From positions 17,890-81,889 of IMG/VR virus record IMGVR_UViG_2773857985_000001: a DNA stretch of 64,000 nt. One strand, 5' to 3'. The position numbers were made by a program, and so were the translations under genes. The notes beneath the pieces were generated by a model. The model was given only the letters and a program-made list of their open reading frames with translations, was not told the DNA's origin and did no database searches. The first letter of the stretch is position 1; each line of letters opens with the position of its first letter. The stretch is from a virus (taxonomy: Duplodnaviria > Caudoviricetes). Below, piece after piece: positions 17,497 through 28,068 of this stretch.

Positions 17497-18323
17497 GGCG
17501 CGCTCACCACCCATCCGCTGTGTGGCCGTCCGAGCTGGAAGTCGATGTCGTTGCGGTCGGTGCCGCCAGCGGTGGCGGTGGCGTCTGTATCGAGGCTGCC
17601 GGCGCCGGTGGCGTGGTAGATGGCGGAGGAGTTGGCGGTCACGTCGGTGTCGGCGCTGCCCGCTCCGGTTCCGGTGGCTGCCCGCCCGGGTGTGGCGGTG
17701 GCTGTGGTGGTCATGGTGCCGGTGCCGGTGGCGGTTACGACGGCGCCGTCGGCGAGGGTGTTGACGTTGTCGTAGGCGGCGTGGTCGGTGGTTCCGGCGT
17801 CGCGGTAGGCGTACAGGTCAACAGCGCACGTGTCGACGGCTGCGGTGATCCAGGCAGGGGTGGCGAGCGTCCGGCGGTTGGTCCACGTGCTGCCGTTCGT
17901 GCTGGTGTCCCAGTACACGTTGGTGCCGTCTTCACGGAGCCGCAGCCACAGATGATCCGTCGCCGAATAGGTGAGCTCGACAGCCGCAGCGTCGTAGTAG
18001 TCGACGTTCGACTGCAACCTGAGCTTGCTGGTGACCGCGTTGTACTTGAAGCCGATGCTCGTGCCCTCAACAGCCGAAGTGATCAAGAAGTTTGCGGACA
18101 CGTCCGTGCCCGTCGACGCTGCGGGCCGGGTGACCAGCTTCAGGTAGATGGAGGCGCCGGCGAGGGTCCAGGCCCGCCCCGTCTGGTAGCCGGCATAGAC
18201 GCCAGCAGCGCAGGGAACGCGGGCTTGGCCGCCGGTCTCGGTCGCGCCGCCGTAGGAGTTGCCCCAGTTGGCGCCGATGACGCCGTCGTTGAAGGTGTCG
18301 ACGAGGGTGGTGAGGAGCGCCAT
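17487..18323 (-). CDS. Lectin/LamG-like beta-sandwich protein with Thr/Ala/Gly-rich C-terminus (putative virion fibre)
   Basis: DTFNDG...W; WLRLREDGTNVYWDTSTNGSTWT; Thr-rich tail. Confidence 0.6.
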   Translation of the reverse strand: MALLTTLVDTFNDGVIGANWGNSYGGATETGGQARVPCAAGVYAGYQTGRAWTLAGASIYLKLVTRPAASTGTDVSANFLITSAVEGTSIGFKYNAVTSKLRLQSNVDYYDAAAVELTYSATDHLWLRLREDGTNVYWDTSTNGSTWTNRRTLATPAWITAAVDTCAVDLYAYRDAGTTDHAAYDNVNTLADGAVVTATGTGTMTTTATATPGRAATGTGAGSADTDVTANSSAIYHATGAGSLDTDATATAGGTDRNDIDFQLGRPHSGWVVSAPWR

Positions 18324-18333
18324 CAGGGTCTCC

Positions 18334-18717
18334 TCACGACGCGGAGAACGTCCACGCCCCGGCGGCGACCTTGAACTCGTCGCCGGCGGCGACGGTCTTG
18401 GAAGCGTCGAACGGGCCGTAGGACCAGCGGACCGGGCTCCCGGCCGAGTCCCAGATTTCCCAGCCGACGACCGTGCAGGCGGGCATGCCGGTGAAGATCA
18501 GGTCCGCACTGTTGGAGACGGCGCCGTTGACGGCGGCAGCCACGGAGATGTTCTTGCGGGCGTAGGAACCGCCGGTGACCTCGGTACCTGCGGCGGAGTC
18601 GCTGCCTGCCGCGGTGACCAGCGCCATCTTCAGGGGAACGACGGGCCCTTCCACGTCTACCCCAAACAGCCAGTCGACGGTGCGGTTCTCGGCCGTGTTC
18701 GAAAGGTTGTCTGCGAT
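18334..18717 (-). CDS. Phage tail-fibre-associated structural protein (apparent ATC start)
   Basis: ADNLSNTAENR..DW; GTEVTGGSYAR; SNSADLIF; IWDSAG; KTVAAGDEF; GAGGAGG 9 nt before ATC. Confidence 0.7.
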   Translation of the reverse strand: MADNLSNTAENRTVDWLFGVDVEGPVVPLKMALVTAAGSDSAAGTEVTGGSYARKNISVAAAVNGAVSNSADLIFTGMPACTVVGWEIWDSAGSPVRWSYGPFDASKTVAAGDEFKVAAGAWTFSAS

Positions 18718-18911
18718 GGCGACTGCCCTCCTCGGGCGGGGGCGCCGCGCGGCGCGTGGTTGGGGTGCCCCGCCGCCTGGACGGGGGGCATCGGGCGGCG
18801 GGACGTGGTTGTTGTCCGCCCGGCCACCCCACGTGGACCGGGCGGACGTGGTGGGCCGAGCGCAGGGGCGCTGCAAGGCCCAACCCTGCGGGAGCCGTCA
18901 CGCAGGGAGCA

Positions 18912-19193
18912 TCAGGCGGCGTGGGCGTGGGGGCCGCGACTGTTGGCGGCGGGGTCGGCGGGCCGGTGTTTGGCGCCGCCTTCTGCTGCTCGTCGGATGG
19001 TGGGGAGGTGGAAGTACTGGCCTGCTTCGCCGTCGAGGATGGGTTCGATCTTGCCTCGGGTGACCCATACGCGGATGGTTCCGGGCTTCACCTCGGCAAC
19101 CTTGGCGGCTTCCCAGAGATCACCGATGTCGTCGTTGCCTTCGACCTGCGCGAAGTGGATCTCGTCCAGCGGCGGGTTGGGGTAGGCGACCAC
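18912..19193 (-). CDS. HTH DNA-binding protein (MerR/Xis-like), possible late regulator
   Basis: EAAKVAEVKPGTIRVWVTRGKI; GGAGG RBS. Confidence 0.7.
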   Translation of the reverse strand: MVAYPNPPLDEIHFAQVEGNDDIGDLWEAAKVAEVKPGTIRVWVTRGKIEPILDGEAGQYFHLPTIRRAAEGGAKHRPADPAANSRGPHAHAA

Positions 19194-19217
19194 AACACCT
19201 CCCCCGGATACGAGAAG

Positions 19218-19246
19218 GCCCCCGCCGGGGTGTTCACGGCGGGGGC
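19218..19246 (-). terminator. Stem-loop / possible attenuator in late leader
   Basis: GCCCCCGCCG...CGGCGGGGGC followed by CTTCTC on the minus strand. Confidence 0.5.
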
Positions 19247-19361
19247 TCCAGAAGCGTGTGGTGACTCGTGTTCCACGATCAAGGATCACGATTACAGATC
19301 CCAAGACTGTCCGTCAAGTACCGGCCACGTCCAGGCGGGATCGTGTCTGTCCATGGCAACG

Positions 19362-19808
19362 CTACGGCGTCCACGCCTGACCCTTGTGCTCGAGATGCCC
19401 GGCAAACGGCTGGGCGAGGCGGCACAGGGTCTCTTCCGCCGCGCCGAGTCCGCCGTAGTGGTCGACTTCGGTGTCCCCTTCGGCGGCGTCGAGTGTCCGG
19501 TCCATGAGGTCGACGATGCCGAGCTTGGCGTCCAGGTCGGCGAGTACGGCGTCTGGGTCGTGGGTGGCGACGTGGTTGCCGATCTCGGCGTCGATGGTGT
19601 CGCCGATATATGACCCGGCTTCGGTGACGAGCGGCGTCCACAGCTCGCGGCGGGCGGGTACGTCGTTGGGGAAGGTCTGCACGGCGGCCACGTGGTCGCT
19701 GCCTGGCTGGTAGCGCCAGTCTCCGGTTCCAGCCTGTTCGGCTGCGGCCTCAGCGATGGCCCGCTGTTCGGCGTACCGGGCGCGGAGGAAGTCGGCGATG
19801 TCGCTCAC
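19362..19808 (-). CDS. DUF6221-like protein
   Basis: DIADFLRARY.E...HVATHDPDAVLADLDAKLGIV...LAQPFAGH. Confidence 0.75.
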   Translation of the reverse strand: MSDIADFLRARYAEQRAIAEAAAEQAGTGDWRYQPGSDHVAAVQTFPNDVPARRELWTPLVTEAGSYIGDTIDAEIGNHVATHDPDAVLADLDAKLGIVDLMDRTLDAAEGDTEVDHYGGLGAAEETLCRLAQPFAGHLEHKGQAWTP

Positions 19809-20038
19809 GGTGTCTCCCGGGTGGCTGCGATGGCGCGGAATTCGAGGGTGTCGGCTTCAACATCGATGGCGGCCCCGGCGGTGTGGAGGTCGCAGTCGGG
19901 GTCGTCGGCGAGGTTCCGGCAGGACGTGGCGATGGCCCGCAGCAGGATCGTGACGGCTTCGCACGGCAGGTACGGCTGCCCGTCGTTGGCGGTCACGATC
20001 GGCATGCTGTCCGCCGCATGCGGCAGCGGGGCAGTCAC
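19805..20038 (-). CDS. Hypothetical protein
   Basis: GTGA overlap; DGQPYLPCEAVTILLRAIA. Confidence 0.6.
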   Translation of the reverse strand: MTAPLPHAADSMPIVTANDGQPYLPCEAVTILLRAIATSCRNLADDPDCDLHTAGAAIDVEADTLEFRAIAATRETP

Positions 20039-20268
20039 GGACGAACCTCGTACACCTCGGCCACGGCGCCGTCGTAGTCCCTCACCTCGAACCGATCGGT
20101 CGCCACAGCCACTCCACCGCCGTACCGGATCAGGGCATCCACGCTGCTTTCGACACCCGCCTGCGGCATGTCGGCACGGTCGTACCAGCGGCCGTTCTCC
20201 CGCTCGGGCAGGAACCCCTCCGGCAGATCGGGCGCGGGACGGATGACGATGTAGTCCGGTTCGTTCAC
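20035..20268 (-). CDS. Hypothetical protein
   Basis: Coupled ORF; ATDRFEVRDYDGAVAEVYEVR. Confidence 0.6.
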   Translation of the reverse strand: MNEPDYIVIRPAPDLPEGFLPERENGRWYDRADMPQAGVESSVDALIRYGGGVAVATDRFEVRDYDGAVAEVYEVRP

Positions 20269-20990
20269 GCTGCCACCTCTGTCTGCTCCCGCTGCTGCTG
20301 CTCGGTGACAGCATCCTGTGCGGCCCGGAGTTCCCGCCATTCCCCCAGGGTTTCCCACCGGGCCCCGCAGCCTGCGCATCGGACGCGGTGGCTGGCGGCG
20401 GTCGCGGTCAACGGCGTCCCGCACGACTGGTCGTCGACACGTACCGGGCACACACCGATCTTGACGCGGCCGGGCCGCCGGTCACCGTCGACGATCGCCT
20501 TGCACTCGGCGTGCAGCCGCCGCAGGTCGTCGATGTCCTGGCCGACCTCCTCGTAGCTGGAGCACGCCCACAGGAGGTTGTTGGCCAGGAAGCCGATCAG
20601 CAGCGGCACCGACTGCGCCGGGGAGCCACGCCACGGGGCGACGGTCCAGCCGAGCGCGGCCCGCCACGCATCCTCGATCGCCGACAAGCGAGCGGCCACA
20701 CCACCAGGACCGACAAGGGCGAGGACTTCCAGCCGGGGCGGGATCGGCGGCGTCTTCGACCCGGTGCCACCGGATCCGCCGGGCCGGCGCGCACCCCGCA
20801 TCAACATCGCCGTGCTGTCGAGCCGGCGGAACAGGGCGGGCAGTTCGGCTATCCGCTGGCTCGTCGCGTCCTCGCAGGGGCGGCAGGCCCAGCGGCCGGT
20901 CTCGTTGACCCAAAGCTGACGGCCACAGTTCGGGGCGGTACAGACCGGCCAGTCATATCCGTCGAGGCCATTGGTGGGGTTGTCGTGCAC
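20265..20990 (-). CDS. Multi-Zn-finger protein, putative late-gene activator
   Basis: Four Cys pairs; PPIPPRLEVL; located at the early/late boundary. Confidence 0.6.
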   Translation of the reverse strand: MHDNPTNGLDGYDWPVCTAPNCGRQLWVNETGRWACRPCEDATSQRIAELPALFRRLDSTAMLMRGARRPGGSGGTGSKTPPIPPRLEVLALVGPGGVAARLSAIEDAWRAALGWTVAPWRGSPAQSVPLLIGFLANNLLWACSSYEEVGQDIDDLRRLHAECKAIVDGDRRPGRVKIGVCPVRVDDQSCGTPLTATAASHRVRCAGCGARWETLGEWRELRAAQDAVTEQQQREQTEVAA

Positions 20991-21128
20991 GGCAGGCTCC
21001 TCATGGTGCGGGAAGCAGGGTGACGCTTGAGCCAATAGTGCACGATCCGGTTGACACACTGGTCCGTTGGCACAGTCGGACATGCGTGAGGGCCCGCACT
21101 GGTCTGGTGCGGGCCCTCGGCGGGGCGG

Positions 21129-24100
21129 TCACTTCTCGGCGGGTAGTGGCCTGCCGCATCGGGCGCAGCGGGTGTGCCCGTCTTGGCGGATGTGGCCTGC
21201 GGTGCGTTCGTTGCCGTAGGCGTCGACGCATCTGTCGATCAGCACGGTCATGGTTCTCACTCCTCGGTGGCGGGGTGGGCCCCTACCAGGGGCATGGGGT
21301 TGGGGCGGGCGGCGCACGCCCGGCAGTAGGCGAGGGTGTTTCCGTCGTCGACGGGGGTACCGCGCTTGCGGCACAGGGTGGCGACAGCGGGGCCGTCGCC
21401 GATGAGCCGGGCGGAGTGCCTGACCCGACCGCCGGGGAGGGCGACGTGCAGCGGGTACCGGGGCTCGCCGTGACTGGCCATGGTCGGGGTCCTCACTTCT
21501 CGGTGTCCGGTGCGGCGGGCGCGATCAACCCGGCGACCTTGGCGGTTTCCCGGAGCCCGTCGAGGCGCGCTGCACGCCGCAGGATCTCGGTCGCGGTCTG
21601 CGTCAGGCGGTACGCCTCCCCGCTCAGGGTCCGGCCGGCGGCGACATCCTGTGCGAGTTGGCTGTACGCCTGGGCTAGGCGCTCCGCGTCGTGGACTACG
21701 GCGGCGGCTTCGGCGCTGATTTGGTTGGTCACGACACGGCGGGTCAGATCATCGATCATGGTGTCCTCGTTTCTGGTCTGCGTGCATGATGCCGATGGCG
21801 GCGATGTCGCCCCGGCTGAGCTGGTAGCGGCATCCGTCGGCCTCGGTGGTGATCCCGCCGGGACTCGCTTCGGTGATCTCGTAGACGCACTTCCGGTTCC
21901 TGCGCATCCCGGCGCGCGGGAACCGCACCCGGTCGCCTGCCGCGTACTGCTGGCCGCCGGCCTCGAAGGCGGCCTCGGTGCGGGGTTCGGTGTCGGTCAT
22001 GGCTGTCCGCCGTATCGCACCTTGTCGGCGGCAGAGTCGATGGCGTCGTTCCATCCGGCAACGTAGCGCTCGGACCACCCCTTGGGCGTCTCGGTGATCT
22101 TCTCGGCGAAGATCTCGCGTGCGGCCTGCTTTCGGGTGTCGGTGACCGCCTTCGCCGCCGCTTCCTTCTCGACGCGGTCGAGGAGCTCGTCGAGGTATTC
22201 CCCGCCGAGGTGGGCGTCGTCGGCGTAGTTGTACAGCTCGTCTCGGGCGTTCATCAGTCCTCGTCTCGGGCTTCGTTGATGATGGCCTGCGCCTCGGCCA
22301 GGGTCATGGCGTGCTGGTCGCCGGGTTGGGCGATGACGATGCGCGGGTTGTTCTCGTCGGTCCAGTCGACGTCGTAGCGGCGGTCCACGGTCACGGGTCA
22401 GTCCTCGTCTCGGTCGAAGTGTGCGCGGTCGTAGCGGGCTGCTTCGGCGGGGGTTTCGTCCCACCAGTCGGCGGGAGGCCCCGGCTCGACCAGCGGGGCA
22501 GGCGGCTGGGCGGTCACGTCGGGAACACCTCCGGGTGGGCGGCCTTCCAGTCCAGCCAGTGCGGCATCGGCTCGTCGCCGATGGTGTGGCAGAGGTCCAT
22601 GACCTGTTCCAGCGAGAGCGGGCCGGGGTGCTTCGTGTACTCGTGTTCGGTGCCCCGGGTCTTGGGACTGGACGGCACGTAGGTGGGCCCGTTCTGCCAG
22701 GTGACGACGCGGTATCCCCAGTCGTCGGTGCCGTACTTGATGAAGACGCGGGTGACGACTCGGCCTTCGACGTCGAGGGGCCGCTTGAGCATCCGCTGCC
22801 GTTCGCGGTCGCCGAGGAAGTAGTGGATGTACTCGTCGATGTAGGACCGCAGCATCGCCGCTTCGGCGCCGGTGGGCCGTTCGGCGCTGCCCCAGCTGTA
22901 GCGGCTGGTGTCGACGTCGATGTAGGCGGCGATGTACTTCCACTCCGGGTTGAAGCTGGTGACGACGGGGATGCGGAGCTTGGTCAGCGGGTCGTGTTCG
23001 GCGGCATCGGTGCCGAACGGCCAGGCTGCGATGGTCACGACGTCCTCCTGGGCGTCTCTTCGCGGGCGGCGATGAGCGCCTCGCGGTGGTTCTCCATCGC
23101 CGCCTCCCGGTCGAGGGCTCGCTTCGACGAGGAGTCGATGACGTAGCCGCCGAGGAGCATGCCCCGGTGTCGCTTGTCGGGGCTGGCGTCGAAGATGACG
23201 GTGTCGTAGTAGTCGGCGGCGATCCGGATCGTGGAGACGGTGAGCTGCTTGTCTCCGTGGAAGACGGGCCGCTGGGCGACGATCGTGGGAGCGCTCATCG
23301 CTCCTCCTTCGTGATCAGGGTTGGGATGTTGGCCCACCGCACGGTGAGCCCAGGATTGCGGGCGGTGGGGGCCTTGGAGGCCCTCGGCCCGGCTGCGGGT
23401 GGTTACAGGAGGCCTTCGGGGTCGGCGAATCGGGCGGTGGTGCGCGCCCAGTGGTGCCGGGCGTCGTGCCCGTCGGAGATCAGGACCGCGTTGCGGAGCG
23501 CCGCGATGAACTGCGCCCGCCGCAGACCGTCGAACCCGAACTCGGTGACCGCCTGTTCGCGGATGAGTCGCACGTCGTGCGGGGTGACCAGGTCGTCGGT
23601 GGGCAGCTCGGACAGGTACAGAGCCTGACCGGCGGGGGTGAGCGTCGTGTCGACCCAGTCGGGGTTGAGGTCGGGGTTCACGGCGGGCTCCTTCGCGGGG
23701 TGGTGGGCGGGGGTCAGCGGCGGGCGCGGCGGGCGGCCCAGCGGGCGGTTTCGGTGACGGCCATGACGGCGACCGCAACAACCGCAGCGACCTGCACCTC
23801 CCCAGTGCGGGCCCAGGCGGCAACCTCGGTGATGAAACCCATGACGACTCCTTCGTGGTCAGGCGGCGAGGGCGAGTCGGGCGGCGGCGAGCTTGAACGC
23901 GAGCCGGCGGGGCCGGTAGGCGGCGGCGATGAGGGCGACGGCGGCGGGCGTGTACCGGGTGCAGTCCCGCATCCGCCGGCCGCGGTGGATGCGGCCCGGG
24001 ATGCCGGCGACCCCCAGCTTGGCGGCGACTTTGCGCAACGTGCCGACCATGCTGCGGGCGTCGCGCGGGGCGAGTCCCTGGGCGATGGCGTGCGAGGCGA

Positions 24101-24197
24101 GGGTGCCGGTTCCGCGGCGGTTGATGCGGGCGGCGGCGCGGGTGGTGCGGGCGCGGGCTTTCAGCGTCTGCCTGCGGATGCGGTTCGAGCGGATCAT
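21129..24197 (-). other. Run of about 12 small coupled hypothetical ORFs (21129-21251, 21257-21496, 21493-21759, 21749-22000, 21997-22254, 22254-22394, 22398-22517, 22514-23038, 23035-23298, 23403-23681, 23859-24197)
   Basis: Abutting or overlapping start/stop codons with RBSs; no recognisable enzyme motifs. Confidence 0.6.
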
Positions 24198-24322
24198 CGT
24201 GCGGTCTCCCCCTTCACCGAGCGTGATCGCAATTAGCTAGCGATCATGTGTTGCGCTGGCGACACCTCAGACAGTACCCATGAGGCATAGGCACCGCAAG
24301 TCCCTTGCGCTAGATTGATGCC

Positions 24323-24613
24323 ATGACGCCGACCCCCGCCGACGAGCCGCCCACCCTCGAAGAGATCACCGCAGCCGGCACCCGCCGACAGCGCGACGCC
24401 GACCGCCTCAAGAAGTCCAGCGACGACCTCCGGGAACTCGTCCTCACAGCTCTCCGTGAAGGCCACCTCAAGCCCACCGAGGTCGCCAAAGCCTCCGGCT
24501 GGACCGGCGCCCACGTCCGCAAGATGGCGCGAGACGCGGGCATCGAGGCCGACGAGCGCTACGCAGAACGGGCAGCACGACTCAAGAAGGCTCAGAACGA
24601 GGAGCAGCCGTGA
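24323..24613 (+). CDS. Small HTH regulator, divergent, probably leaderless
   Basis: LKPTEVAKASGWTGAHVRKMAR; TAGATT -10 at 24311-24316. Confidence 0.8.
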   Translation: MTPTPADEPPTLEEITAAGTRRQRDADRLKKSSDDLRELVLTALREGHLKPTEVAKASGWTGAHVRKMARDAGIEADERYAERAARLKKAQNEEQP

Positions 24614-24903
24614 CCGCTAGCGTTCCTGAGTGGCTGCGCGACCAACTTGCGAAACGCCAGGCCGAACTCAGCGGGCTGGCTGACACACCCGACAACGCCC
24701 AAGAAAGGGTCACCATCGACTGGATGATGGAACGGGTGGCAGTCATTGATCAGTCGTCCTCACCCTGTCTGCACTCCACCGCTTCAGGTAGCCCGGACTC
24801 CCAGACTTGCCGTCATCCTGCCGCCGTCGAGGTGCGCAGCAGCGTCACAGGCGAACTCTTAGCTCGCCTCTGCCCCGACTGCGACAGCCAACTTCCCGCG
24901 TAA
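24610..24903 (+). CDS. Hypothetical protein with C-terminal Cys/His cluster
   Basis: GTGA overlap; CRH...CPDC. Confidence 0.55.
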   Translation: MTASVPEWLRDQLAKRQAELSGLADTPDNAQERVTIDWMMERVAVIDQSSSPCLHSTASGSPDSQTCRHPAAVEVRSSVTGELLARLCPDCDSQLPA

Positions 24904-24940
24904 CGCTCCGCCCGCAGCCGACTCCCGGCAGACTGCCGTC

Positions 24941-25141
24941 ATGGCGATCCGGGTGAGCGTCCAGGCGGCGACGGAGGACGAGTGCGTCGAGGGCCTCGCC
25001 CGCCTCGTGGATGCCGGGTTTCTGCCGGTGATGCTGCCCCGCTACCTCACCGACGGCCGCTGGATGGCGCGGGCGGTGCCGGCACCAACGACGAAGGCCC
25101 CGGCCGCGGGTGGCGGTCGGGGCCCTGTCGTTTCGGGTTGA
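24941..25141 (+). CDS. Small hypothetical protein
   Basis: CAGACT -10 six nt upstream; GRWMARAVP. Confidence 0.6.
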   Translation: MAIRVSVQAATEDECVEGLARLVDAGFLPVMLPRYLTDGRWMARAVPAPTTKAPAAGGGRGPVVSG

Positions 25142-27846
25142 TCAGGTGGCCATGTCCCGGTACTCGTCGGCCATGTCGCCCAGCCCCGCGAGGCACAGTG
25201 CCGCGCACTGCAGGAGTACCTCACGGCGTTGGGACTGCTCGTCGGCGGCTTCGGAGATCAGGCGGGCGGCGGATTTGAGGTCGTGGTGTCCGACGATCCC
25301 GGCCACCTCCAGATGGGCGGCGACCGCACCCAACTGGGCGATGAACCCGGCCGCGGTGGTGGCGGGGGCGGGTTCGTGGGCGAGGTAGGCGACGGTGTGC
25401 GCATGCTGCTGGACGAGACCGTCGACAGTGAACGCGGCGGGCATGGGGGTCACCGGCCCGCGTTGTCGATGAGCCACCGGCCGTATGCGCGGTCGGCGTC
25501 GGCGTGGATGCCTGTCCGGTCGCTTCCGGCGGCGACGGCGGCTTCTACGGCGGGCTGCACGGTGCCGCGGTAGAAGTCGCCGGTGCGCTCGCCGGCCCGC
25601 TCCTTCTTGTTCAAGTCGACGAGGGCGGCGACCGCCTTGCGTTCGAGCTGCTGCCTGCTGGCCATGGGTCTCCTACTGGTAGGCGGGTCCGTCGTATTCG
25701 ACGGCGGTGATCTGGGCGGACGGGTTCTCCTGCTGGGTGCGGAGGACGTCGGTGACGAGACTGTCGATGCTGTTCGTGGAGTTGAACGACAGCAACTTGC
25801 CGGTGCGCCGGTCGTACAGCCGGTAGTGCAGGTTGGTGTGCGTCTGACGGCGGACGGGCAGGGGCTTGCCGTTCCAGGTGTCGGGCATGGTCAGTTCCAC
25901 TCCCAGGTCTCGTTGGCGGTGTGGGCGCGGCGGGCGGATGCGGCGAGGAGCGTGGCGAGCTGCGCCCATTCCCGGTCCATGGCCCGGCTGTTGGCGGCCT
26001 TGGCGAGGAGGGCGGCGACCCGTCCGGCCTGCTGCGGCGGGGTGTGGACGGGCGTGTACAGCTTGCCGTCGAAGAGGTAGGCGACCTCCCGCCACTCGCT
26101 GCTGGTGAGTGCGTGGGCGAGGTGCTGGCCGAGGTTGGCGATGGTCGTCGCGGACCTGGTGGACGGCACGCCGTGGCTGATGCTGACGCCCATCAGAGGC
26201 CCTTCCTTGCGGCCTTCCGGAACCTCTTCGGCAACTGCTCCTCGGCGTCGATGACGGCCTGGTTGAGGCGCTGGTACTCGGGCGTTTCGTGGGTGATTCC
26301 GGCGGCGGCTTCACGGGCGGTGCTCTCGGCGAGGGCGGCCGACGCCTTGTGGTAGTCGGCGATCAGACGGTTCTCTTCGGCGTACACGTCGAGTTCTTCA
26401 CGGGTGGGCTTGGACATGATGGGTCTCCTACTTGTTGTGGGTGTGGGCGTGTCGGGTGGCGCGGTCGAAGGCGGCGAGCACGGGTGCGGCGGTTCGCTGC
26501 TGGGCGTTCCAGCTGGGGATCGTCTCGGCCGCGGGGAACTGGTCTTGGATGGCGTCGAGGAGGGCCACGCACGCGTCGTGCGCGGCATCCCGGTCGCCGC
26601 GGGATTCGAGGCGGATCGCTTGGATGGGGCAGACGGCGCCCGCTTCGTCGCGGACGGCGTCCCGGCACCAGCCCGCGGTCTCGATCCGAACGCGGGCCCG
26701 GTGGAGGAGGTCGGCGACGGGCGTCCGGTACGGGGACGGCGAGGCGGCCGGTGCGGGCAGGGGTGCTTCGGTGATGTGCGGAACCTGCCCGGCGCCGGGC
26801 AGGTGCGCGGTGTTGACCTCGAACTCGACCGCGGCTTCGTCGAGGCGGGCGGTCATGGCGGCGCCGGTCAGGGCGAGTCGGGCGTCCAGGTCGAGGACTG
26901 GCGGCGCCTGCCGGGTTGCGGGCGCGCGGGTGGTCGTGGGCATGATGGGGATCTCTCCGTCGATCTTCTGGTGGGCGGGTGAGACCGGGGCGCCCCTGGT
27001 CGCTGCCAGGCATTCGAGGGGCGCCCCGGGCGGAGCTACAGGTCTTCGCCGAAGCGGACGGTCATGGTGGCCTCGTGGAGTTCGGCAGCCTCGCTGCCGT
27101 CGGTGGCGCGGGTGTTGAAGCGGGCCGTGACCTCGCGGATGATCCGGTCCGTGGTGGCGCGGTCGCCGCGCCGCTTCGCCGCCACGTAGTCCTGCACGGA
27201 CTGGTGCTTGTACTCGGTGGGCATTGCGGTCACTCCCCCGTTCCGAAGGGGACGCGCGCGTCGGCCTGACCCAGTTCGATGATCTCGTCGCCGGTGGCCT
27301 GCCCGGCGTCGTAGCGACTGGTGACGTCGGCTGTGATGCGGTCGGCCGCTGCTCGGTCGCCGCGCTGCTTGGCGTCGACCAGGTCACGGACGGACTGGTG
27401 GGTGTACTGCACGGTGATCTCCTTCGGGTTGGGGTGGGTCAGATGCGCCAGCCGCCGAGGCGGCGACGCGTCTTCGGGTTGGACGTCTGCGCGGCCTGCT
27501 TCTCCAGACCCCGCAACTCGGCCTCGTCCAAGATCCCCTCGTAGTTGTCCGAGCCCATCGGGCCCGCAACCTGCGGGGCCGGGTCGGCGATGTTCCGCAT
27601 GCCGCGCGGCGGCGCGTCGAACACCGGGCCGCGGGTCTGGCACAGCGTCACCGCGCTGTACCCGGACTCCGTGCACGGGCTCCCCGTGAACGGAAGCCGG
27701 GACGTGAACCGGTACTCGCCGTACAGGTGCGCGTCCTCGTAGGGCGCGGCCCGCCGGCTGATGTCGTACACGACGTAGTACGACTTCCCAAGCTCCACAT
27801 CGCGGGCGAACTTCTTCGCCTGGCTGGCACTCCACGACTTCGACAT
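25142..27846 (-). other. Distal part of transfer-associated operon: hypothetical ORFs 25142-25453, 25450-25665, 25673-25888, 25891-26193, 26193-26417, 26428-26943 (DUF6197-like), 27036-27233, 27230-27412, 27439-27846
   Basis: Coupled ORFs with GGAG RBSs downstream of traB and the repeat array. Confidence 0.65.
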
Positions 27847-27885
27847 AGATGATCTCCGTTTCCGGTATGGGATGGTTTGCTCTCG

Positions 27886-28046
27886 CTGCTCAGGACTGCT
27901 CAGCGGGAGAAAGTGCAGGTCGGGTCTGCTCAGCCGCCTGATCAGGCGCTGCTCAGAGCAGACGCTGAGCAGGTCGTGAGCAGCAGCCTGAGCAGCTGTG
28001 ACCTGCGGGTTTGTGGCCTGATCAGGGCTGAGCAGGCCCTGATCAG
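27886..28046. repeat. clt-like array of 8-bp repeats (putative TraB recognition sequences)
   Basis: CTGCTCAG x4 (27886, 27896, 27926, 27949), CTGAGCAG x3 (27965, 27988, 28028), GTGAGCAG (27976), CTGATCAG x3 (27938, 28018, 28039); immediately 3' of traB. Confidence 0.8.
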
Positions 28047-28068
28047 GGGTACATACTTCGCATAGCGG

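Noticed and set aside
27886-28046. Repeat array as CRISPR
   Set aside because: Repeats are only 8 bp with irregular short spacing and both orientations; no cas genes.
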